In this document: positions 8,546-15,572 of the stretch, piece after piece
How the letters are laid out: every line of letters starts with the position of its first letter
Position numbering within the stretch: position 1 is the stretch's first letter
Sequence record: SRR20825019_1337
Direction: 5' to 3' (one strand)
DNA: 20,000 nt
Translations under genes and position numbers: made by a program
Notes under the pieces: model-generated
What the model was told of the DNA's origin: nothing
Database searches by the model: none
What the model saw: only the letters and a program-made list of their open reading frames with translations

Positions 8546-9445
8546 ATGACAAAATATATTCTTTTACTGGGTTTAAGTGTTCTTTGGTTCGACGCATCAG
8601 CGCAGAATCCAAAGTTTGACCAACTAGAGGTTAACTTTGCGCAAGGACATTACAAGAGAGTTCGGAGAAAAGCGGATCGATTACTCGATAAGCCTGAGTA
8701 TGATTTTTCTCTTCTTCCAACGTATTATAAAAGTATAAGTTTATTTCAACTGAGTCAGAATAAATTCTGGCTTCTAAATCATCCAAATTCGTTAAAAGAA
8801 GCCGAAGCACTTTTTTTAGAAGTGAAAAATTCTGTTGACGGACAAAAAGTATTCAATGCGCACATGTACGAGATTTCTTGGTTGCGTGGAGATATGATTT
8901 CTTGGGCAAACGACTTGAAACGAATGGGCTACGAGGAATCATTTCTTGAAGTTCAGAGGGTGATTGATGTTGTGTTTGAAAATGTTCCGGGAATTGACGC
9001 TGGAAATAATGCCAATTCGATTGCTTACAAAGACAATACGGCGATTGAATCAAAGGAGGTAAAGGGAATCAGAAATGAAATTGTCGCTTCTGCAAAGCAA
9101 TACATGGGAACGCCTTATGTTTGGGCAGGAAGTTCGCCTGAAGGTTTTGATTGTTCTGGCTTTACATCTTATGTGATGGATAAAAATGGTTCTCAACTTC
9201 CGAGACGTGCGGCAGATCAATACGAAGCTTCACAAAAAGTAAAAGAGAAAAACGTTGAAAAGGGAGATTTGGTCTTTTTTAATAATGGATCAGGGATTTC
9301 ACATGTGGGAATTGTCATTTCAGAGAAGGGTCAACCGCTCACAATGATTCACTCAAGTTCAAGTCAAGGAATTATTATCACAGAAGTTGAAAAATCTGAA
9401 TACTGGATGAAGCGCCTTCACGGATACGGAACGTTTGTGAAATAA
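8546..9445 (+). CDS. NlpC/P60 (C40) peptidoglycan endopeptidase with an uncharacterised helical N-terminal domain
   Basis: Signal peptide MTKYILLLGLSVLWFDASA-Q from ATG 8546. C-terminal YMGTPYVWAG..GFDCSGF..LPRRAADQ..GDLVFF..SHVGI..MIHSSS gives the Cys-His-His triad. Confidence 0.9.
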   Translation: MTKYILLLGLSVLWFDASAQNPKFDQLEVNFAQGHYKRVRRKADRLLDKPEYDFSLLPTYYKSISLFQLSQNKFWLLNHPNSLKEAEALFLEVKNSVDGQKVFNAHMYEISWLRGDMISWANDLKRMGYEESFLEVQRVIDVVFENVPGIDAGNNANSIAYKDNTAIESKEVKGIRNEIVASAKQYMGTPYVWAGSSPEGFDCSGFTSYVMDKNGSQLPRRAADQYEASQKVKEKNVEKGDLVFFNNGSGISHVGIVISEKGQPLTMIHSSSSQGIIITEVEKSEYWMKRLHGYGTFVK

Positions 9446-9448
9446 ACG

Positions 9449-9946
9449 CTAGGTCGTTCTTTTTCTGCTCACAGCAATAAGTGAGGATATCATTACTCCA
9501 ATGAATAGAATCAACGAACTAGTGAAAAATAGGGGAGAGGATATTTTAAAAATAATCCCAAGTGACAGATACATCCAGGGAATCCAAAAAAGTATATTTA
9601 ACACGATTGATTTCTTCACGACAAACAATTCGTTGAGCGCAAACCCGATAAATAAAGCGAATGATCCAACGAAATAGTTCCAACTGTTCGGTAATATAGT
9701 TGGATTCCACCAAGCGAGAATCGAATAAAGGATAAGTGCAATTGAAAAAAATCCGATAGGCGTGGTGAGCTTTGTTTTTCCGATCAAGGAGATTCTTGTA
9801 ACCGTAAAAATAATTGCCATCGAAAGCGAGAGGCACGTTATCCGAAACGCAGCACCAAAGTGATTTGAGCTGTCAACTAACTGATAAACAGAAAAACCAA
9901 CCCAAATAAAGGAGAGGATAACTAGGAGAGATAAGATTCTTTTCAC
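9449..9946 (-). CDS. Hypothetical integral membrane protein (about 5-6 TM segments)
   Basis: Long ORF that fills the gap between the NlpC gene and clpB and is almost entirely hydrophobic segments. GTG 9946 is preferred because TTG 9973 lies in the clpB terminator U-tract. Confidence 0.7.
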   Translation of the reverse strand: MKRILSLLVILSFIWVGFSVYQLVDSSNHFGAAFRITCLSLSMAIIFTVTRISLIGKTKLTTPIGFFSIALILYSILAWWNPTILPNSWNYFVGSFALFIGFALNELFVVKKSIVLNILFWIPWMYLSLGIIFKISSPLFFTSSLILFIGVMISSLIAVSRKRTT

Positions 9947-9971
9947 GGGATTAAAAGTACTAATCTCCCGC

Positions 9972-10009
9972 AAAAAACAAGAGAGTCCCTTTCGAAACTC
10001 TCTTATTTT
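9972..10009 (-). terminator. Intrinsic terminator of clpB
   Basis: Minus strand AAAATAAGAGAGTTTC-GAAA-GGGACTCTCTTGTTTT-TT with a GNRA loop and G-U pairs, 5 nt after the clpB stop. Confidence 0.85.
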
Positions 10010-10014
10010 ATTTT

Positions 10015-12630
10015 TTATGCTTCTTCAAGTTCGTTTATTGGCCTCCGAAACACTATTTTGTTGTCAAAGATATCCATCACAACATTTGAACTTGCGTCAA
10101 TCTTATCCGCAAGTATGGCTTTGGATAGCTCATTCATGACATTTTTCTGAATGATTCGTTTTACCGGACGTGCTCCAAAGAATGGATCGTATCCAGCTTC
10201 ACCAATCCATTTCACAGTATCGGCGGTAATTACTAATTCGATTCCCTGTAAATGAAGCTTTTTCTTAAGTTGATTCAGTTGAATTTCAACGATGTCGTTT
10301 ACGTTCGCTTTGGTCAAAGGATGGAAAAGAATAATTTCATCTATACGATTTAAAAACTCTGGGCGAATTGTTTGTTTCAACAGTTCGGTTACATTTCGCT
10401 TTGCGCGATGTCCAGCAGCCTCAAACTCATTGTCTCGAATTCCGTCGAACTGCTCGTGAATTAATTCTGAACCTAGATTCGACGTCATGATTACAATGGT
10501 ATTTTTAAAGTTCACGGTTCTTCCTTTGTTATCCGTTAGTCTACCGTCATCTAAAACTTGCAGTAACACATTGAATACATCAGGATGCGCCTTCTCAATC
10601 TCGTCGAGTAAAACAATCGAGTAGGGTTTGCGACGAACGGCTTCCGTCAATTGACCACCTTCGTCGTAACCAACATAACCAGGAGGAGCTCCTACCAATC
10701 TGCTCACGGAGTGTTTCTCTTGAAATTCGCTCATATCAATCCGCGTCATGGCGTTCTCATCATTGAACATATAATCCGCCAATGCCTTTGCGAGTTCTGT
10801 TTTTCCAACTCCTGTTGTTCCAAGAAAGATAAATGAGCCAATTGGTCGTTTTTCATCTTGTAATCCCGCACGAGATCTTCTCACGGCATCCGATAAAGCC
10901 TCAATTGCTTCTTCCTGTCCAACGACGCGTTTTCCAAGTTCTTCTTCGAGTTTTAGCAACTTCACTTTTTCACTTTCAATCATTTTGCTCACTGGAATCC
11001 CCGTCCATTTAGACACCACTTCTGCGATTTCCTCAGAATCAACTTCCTCTTTGATCATTTTTGATTCAGATTGAAGTGACAATAAAGAAGCTTTCGCTTG
11101 TTCCAATTGCTCTTCTGCTTCTTTGATTCTACCGTAGCGAATCTCAGCAACCTTTCCATAATCGCCTTGTCTTTCCGCTTGATCGGCCTCTAAACGAAAT
11201 TGTTCGATGCTTAATTTTGCTTTTTGAATGGAATCAACGACGTCTTTTTCTGATTGCCATTTTGCCTTTAGTGCATCGCGTTGTGCACTAAGTTCAGCGA
11301 GATCTTTCTCCAAACTGGATACTTTTTTCGTGTCAGCTTCGCGTTTAATTGCTTCGCGTTCAATCTCCAGTTGCATTATTTTACGCTCAACTTCATCTAG
11401 CACTTCGGGTTTGGAATTGATTTCCATTCTCAATTTCGATGCGGCTTCATCAATCAAATCAATCGCTTTGTCTGGAAGGTGACGTTCGGTAATATAGCGT
11501 TGAGAAAGTTCTACTGCACTTATTATTGCAGAATCTTTGATCAGTACTTTATGATGGTTTTCATATTTTTCTTTAATCCCGCGAAGAATTGAAATCGCAT
11601 CTTCTGCGGATGGTTCGTCTACTAAAACCGTTTGAAAACGTCGAACTAGCGCTTTGTCTTTCTCAAAATACTTTTGATATTCATTTAACGTTGTTGCGCC
11701 AACAGCTCTTAATTCTCCTCGTGCTAATGCGGGTTTGAGAATATTTGCAGCATCCATTGCGCCTTCTCCGCCACCTCCTGCACCAACAAGCGTGTGGATT
11801 TCATCGATGAATAGAATAATCTCTCCATCGGCTGCGGTCACTTCTTTGATAACGGATTTTAGTCGCTCTTCAAATTCACCTTTATACTTAGCTCCTGCGA
11901 TCAGCGCTCCCATATCAAGAGAGAAGACGATTTTGTCTTTTAAGTTTTCTGGAACGTCTCCTTCGATAATTCGATGTGCGATTCCTTCTGCAATGGCAGT
12001 TTTACCAACCCCAGGTTCTCCGATAAGAATAGGATTGTTTTTTGTTCTTCGCGTTAAAATTTGAAGTACTCGACGAATTTCTTCGTCACGCCCAATTACT
12101 GGGTCAAGTTTCCCTTCTTTTGCGAGCTGATTTAAGTTTTTGGCGAATTTCTCCAACGAGTTATAATTCGCATCTTGGCTATGTGAAGTCACTTTTTCTC
12201 CTTTTCTAAGTTTTAAAATACTTTCTTTCAGTGCTTTTTGAGAAGCTCCCGAATCTTTCAATAATCTTCCTATACTATCGGAAACGTTAATCAATGCATA
12301 AAGTAGAATTTCTACCGATAAATATTCATCGCCAAATTCCTTCATGTGATTAAATGCATGCGAAAGGACGGTGTTCATAGTTGAGGACGTGTATAATTGT
12401 CCGCCAGTTACTTTTGGGTAGCCGTCTACGATCTTATCAACGGCAAGCGAAACCATTTTTAGATTCGCTCCAATATCGTTGAGTAGAAATGGTGAAACAT
12501 CTTTGTCCTTTTCAAATAATGATTTTAGAACATGTCCTGTTTCTAATGCCTGATGTCCGTTAATGGTTGCTATATGTTGTGCATTTTGTAGCACTTCTTC
12601 TGTTTTCTGTGTCAGTTTTGTCAAATCCAT
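10015..12630 (-). CDS. clpB: ATP-dependent disaggregase ClpB
   Basis: Two AAA+ modules ([15 protein letters not shown] and [17 protein letters not shown]), pore loops [11 protein letters not shown] and GAPPGYVGY, and a long coiled-coil middle domain (..AEIRYG). Start placed at ATG 12630. Confidence 0.97.
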   Translation of the reverse strand: MDLTKLTQKTEEVLQNAQHIATINGHQALETGHVLKSLFEKDKDVSPFLLNDIGANLKMVSLAVDKIVDGYPKVTGGQLYTSSTMNTVLSHAFNHMKEFGDEYLSVEILLYALINVSDSIGRLLKDSGASQKALKESILKLRKGEKVTSHSQDANYNSLEKFAKNLNQLAKEGKLDPVIGRDEEIRRVLQILTRRTKNNPILIGEPGVGKTAIAEGIAHRIIEGDVPENLKDKIVFSLDMGALIAGAKYKGEFEERLKSVIKEVTAADGEIILFIDEIHTLVGAGGGGEGAMDAANILKPALARGELRAVGATTLNEYQKYFEKDKALVRRFQTVLVDEPSAEDAISILRGIKEKYENHHKVLIKDSAIISAVELSQRYITERHLPDKAIDLIDEAASKLRMEINSKPEVLDEVERKIMQLEIEREAIKREADTKKVSSLEKDLAELSAQRDALKAKWQSEKDVVDSIQKAKLSIEQFRLEADQAERQGDYGKVAEIRYGRIKEAEEQLEQAKASLLSLQSESKMIKEEVDSEEIAEVVSKWTGIPVSKMIESEKVKLLKLEEELGKRVVGQEEAIEALSDAVRRSRAGLQDEKRPIGSFIFLGTTGVGKTELAKALADYMFNDENAMTRIDMSEFQEKHSVSRLVGAPPGYVGYDEGGQLTEAVRRKPYSIVLLDEIEKAHPDVFNVLLQVLDDGRLTDNKGRTVNFKNTIVIMTSNLGSELIHEQFDGIRDNEFEAAGHRAKRNVTELLKQTIRPEFLNRIDEIILFHPLTKANVNDIVEIQLNQLKKKLHLQGIELVITADTVKWIGEAGYDPFFGARPVKRIIQKNVMNELSKAILADKIDASSNVVMDIFDNKIVFRRPINELEEA

Positions 12631-12658
12631 GATTCGTGTTTTTTGATGAAAACTATTC

Positions 12659-12674
12659 TTCAAATTCTAATCCA
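12659..12674 (-). promoter_or_regulatory. Candidate sigma54-type (-24/-12) promoter for clpB
   Basis: Minus strand TGGATT-AGAAT-TTGA has the spacing of TGGCAC-N5-TTGC and lies about 28 nt before ATG 12630; no exact TAnnTTTG was seen nearby. Confidence 0.5.
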
Positions 12675-12788
12675 TATTCGAATAGGGTATAAAACCATGT
12701 AATATTGTCAGTTTTCAGCGTCTAACTATGTCATTGTGACTGATCTTCGAAGTTATCAACAGATTGTTTGACAGTTATCAACATTTTT

Positions 12789-12816
12789 TGTAACCTAGTG
12801 ATCAATTCTCCGTAAT
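12789..12816 (+). promoter_or_regulatory. Candidate ECF-sigma promoter for the GH73-LysM gene
   Basis: TGTAAC (12789-12794) - N16 - CGTAAT (12811-12816) matches the AAC-N16/17-CGT ECF pattern, 27 nt before the ATG. Confidence 0.55.
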
Positions 12817-12843
12817 AGTGAACACAACAACAAAATAAACGAC

Positions 12844-13755
12844 ATGAAATTAATAATCACAACATTAGGAATTTTTCTGACTGCGTCCGTTTTAGCAGGT
12901 GAGAATAAAGTGATTTCAAAACGTGAATACATTGATCAATGGAAAGAAACCGCTATTGAACAAATGTCGAAACACAAAATTCCAGCAAGTATTATTATTG
13001 CACAAGGCATTTTAGAAAGTGGTTCTGGAAATTCTGAGTTAGCTCGAAAAGGAAACAATCATTTTGGAATCAAATGTCATGGTTGGACAGGTGAGAAAAT
13101 GTACGTAGATGACGATAAAAAAGGGGAGTGCTTCCGTGTCTATAAAACTGCTGCAGGTTCTTATGAAGATCATAGTTTATTCCTGAATACGTATGATAGA
13201 TATGCGTTTTTGTTTGATCTCGAAATTACAGATTACAAGAAATGGGCTGAAGGCTTGAAAAAAGCAGGTTACGCTACAAATCCAAAATATCCTGATTTAT
13301 TAATTGGGATTATAGAGGACATGAAATTAGATGAATTAGACAAGGTCGTTGCTCCATTGGAAGTTGCACCTGAACTGATTTCTTCAAAAGAAACAATGTC
13401 GAACAAACATGAAACATTATCAAGCGAGCATGTTAAAGTAAAATTTGTTCGAGCAAAAAAAGGAGACACGTTCTATAAAATTGCTGAAGAATTTGGATTG
13501 ACTCTACGTCAATTATATAAATACAACGATTTTGCAAAAGAAAAAGATGTATTGGAAGAAGGCGATATTGTTTACATCCAACCAAAGAAACGAGGAAAGA
13601 TCTTCAAGAAAGAAGAGATTGTTGCGGACAAGCAAATGACCGTAAATGAAATTGCGCAGAGATATGCGTTAAAAGCAAAGGCCATAGTGCGTTTGAATGA
13701 TTTTGCCGATGAGAATGTTGTTGTTACTCGTGGCGAAAAAGTAACCCTCCGATAA
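12844..13755 (+). CDS. GH73 (FlgJ-like glucosaminidase) peptidoglycan hydrolase with LysM domain(s)
   Basis: Signal peptide, IPASIIIAQGILESGSG, NNHFGIKC and GYATNPKY. One clear LysM (KKGDTFYKIAEEFGLTLRQLYKYN..GDIVYI) and a degenerate second LysM at the C-terminus. Confidence 0.92.
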   Translation: MKLIITTLGIFLTASVLAGENKVISKREYIDQWKETAIEQMSKHKIPASIIIAQGILESGSGNSELARKGNNHFGIKCHGWTGEKMYVDDDKKGECFRVYKTAAGSYEDHSLFLNTYDRYAFLFDLEITDYKKWAEGLKKAGYATNPKYPDLLIGIIEDMKLDELDKVVAPLEVAPELISSKETMSNKHETLSSEHVKVKFVRAKKGDTFYKIAEEFGLTLRQLYKYNDFAKEKDVLEEGDIVYIQPKKRGKIFKKEEIVADKQMTVNEIAQRYALKAKAIVRLNDFADENVVVTRGEKVTLR

Positions 13756-13794
13756 GAATTTCCATTCGGTAGGTTTAATAGTTTGTTGTTGTTT

Positions 13795-13825
13795 AAGAAA
13801 GCCCTTGCATGTCAAGGGCTTTCTT
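13795..13825 (+). terminator. Intrinsic terminator
   Basis: Perfect 13-bp inverted repeat AAGAAAGCCCTTG-catgt-CAAGGGCTTTCTT, 39 nt after the stop. Confidence 0.82.
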
Positions 13826-13982
13826 GTAATGCTAATACTCTATCAACCTACTAGGTTTTAACATATCGTTCAAATTATCTCAATGAAATCAACCATTTAA
13901 GTAGTTTGATCTTGCATTCAAAAAGTTTTATTGTTTAATTCTTAATGTGTACTTTAGTAGCGATATTAGCTAAACTATACTT

Positions 13983-15515
13983 ATGAAACCGTCAACAGAG
14001 CTCTTTAAACTTATTAAGTCGCTCACGAAGTCTGAAAAACGATTTTTTAAGCTAACTTCTTCTCTCCAGTCGGGTGATAAAAACTACCTGAAAATTTTTG
14101 ATTACATCGAGAAACAGGATGATTACGATGAAAGTGGACTAAAAAATGAGTTTGATGGAGAAACTTTCGTTAAGCACTTACCATCTGAGAAAAATCATCT
14201 CTACAAACTAATCTTGAAAAGTTTACGATCCTACTATAGCGAGCAATCTATTAGTAGTATGCTTAAACAGGAGATAAAAAACGTAGAAATCTTATACAAC
14301 AAAGCACTCTACAAAGAGTGTGAAAAGTTTGTAAGTCGAGCAAAAACAATTGCGCAACGCTACGAGAAATTTTATTACTGGTTTGAACTCATTAGCTGGG
14401 AAAAGAAATTGCTAGAATCGGCTTACGAATCGGGTGTTTTTTCCAGGGATTTGGATGAGTTGGTGGAAGAGGAAGAAATGGTGATCGCGAGACTTCGGAA
14501 TTTGGCGGAGTACACTGTTATTTATTCGAAAATTAACCTGATTTTCAGAAGCGGTGGATTTACGCGTAATGAAAAGGAACGAACATTAGTTTCGGACATC
14601 GCCGATTATCATCTTATTAAAGGCAAGAATACTGCTCTATCAAGTAAGGCAGCATCAATTTGCTATTATATAAAAGGACTTTGCGCAGCTACCAATAGAA
14701 ATTATGAGGACAGTTTCCAGTTCTTCAATAAAACACGAGAAATTCTAGACAATAATCCTTACATCAAACAGGATTCTGGGCAGCGATATGTAATGACACT
14801 TTTCCACTTGTTGAGATGTCACATTGATAATAACGAGTTTGAGAAAGCCCAGAGGTTAATTATAGATATTCGTGCATTAGCAGGTAAGAAAGGTTTCAAT
14901 TCCTTGGATATAGATGTGCGTATTTTTGCCAATTCAGCCTATCAAGAACTAACGTTGCTTCAGGCTCAAGGTGAATTTACGAAGTGCATCGACTTGATTC
15001 CTATTATTGAAGAAACGCACGAAGAATTTGGCGATAAAGTAAGTAAGGAAATGGAGGTTTTACTTACGTACAGTAAGGCATATAGCTGTTTCGGTGTGGG
15101 ACAATACAAAAGGTCAATTCAATATTTGAATGAAGTATTGAATGATAATGAACAGAATTTACGTCAGGACGTTTATAGTTTCGCTGGACTGTTTAATTTG
15201 GTGATTCACTTCGAATTGGAGAATTACGATTTCCTTGAGTATATCATTAAATCAACCAATCGCTATTTGAATAAGCAGGAGCGAGAATTTAAGATTGAGA
15301 ATGTTTGTATTAAACACATTCGTAAACTTGCGAAAACGCATTCTGGAGTGAATCAATTGGAGATTTATGAAAAAATGAGTCAGGAGGTTAATGAACTTCT
15401 TAAAGATAGAAATGAACGCGTAGTATTGGAGTATTTCAACATCTCAGCTTGGATTTCTAGCAAGTTAAATAAGGTTCCGTTTGATCAATCTGTAAGGGAT
15501 AACTTGAACAATTAG
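13983..15515 (+). CDS. Uncharacterised cytoplasmic all-helical/TPR-like protein (510 aa)
   Basis: Long ORF with no signal peptide or TM segment. Basic N-terminus LFKLIKSLTKSEKRFFK, then TPR-like helix pairs (ICYYIKGLCAATNRNYEDSFQFFNK; YSKAYSCFGVGQYKRSIQYLNEVL; FNLVIHFELENYD). Confidence 0.8.
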   Translation: MKPSTELFKLIKSLTKSEKRFFKLTSSLQSGDKNYLKIFDYIEKQDDYDESGLKNEFDGETFVKHLPSEKNHLYKLILKSLRSYYSEQSISSMLKQEIKNVEILYNKALYKECEKFVSRAKTIAQRYEKFYYWFELISWEKKLLESAYESGVFSRDLDELVEEEEMVIARLRNLAEYTVIYSKINLIFRSGGFTRNEKERTLVSDIADYHLIKGKNTALSSKAASICYYIKGLCAATNRNYEDSFQFFNKTREILDNNPYIKQDSGQRYVMTLFHLLRCHIDNNEFEKAQRLIIDIRALAGKKGFNSLDIDVRIFANSAYQELTLLQAQGEFTKCIDLIPIIEETHEEFGDKVSKEMEVLLTYSKAYSCFGVGQYKRSIQYLNEVLNDNEQNLRQDVYSFAGLFNLVIHFELENYDFLEYIIKSTNRYLNKQEREFKIENVCIKHIRKLAKTHSGVNQLEIYEKMSQEVNELLKDRNERVVLEYFNISAWISSKLNKVPFDQSVRDNLNN

Positions 15516-15523
15516 CAGTTCAA

Positions 15524-15555
15524 TTTGACTTCGTGATGTTTTCGTATTATTTTTA
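15524..15555 (+). promoter_or_regulatory. Possible promoter for the PKD/T9SS gene
   Basis: TTTG (15524-15527) - N20 - TATTTTTA (15548-15555), one mismatch to TAnnTTTG, 17 nt before the ATG. Confidence 0.4.
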
Positions 15556-15572
15556 CATAAAAAGATAACACC

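Noticed and set aside
6888..9836. Nested ORFs in the S41, NlpC and membrane protein genes
   Set aside because: Off-frame or antisense to stronger ORFs, with no motif support.
10651..12064. Plus-strand ORFs inside clpB (61, 84 and 109 aa)
   Set aside because: Typical antisense shadows of a conserved gene; no independent expression signals.
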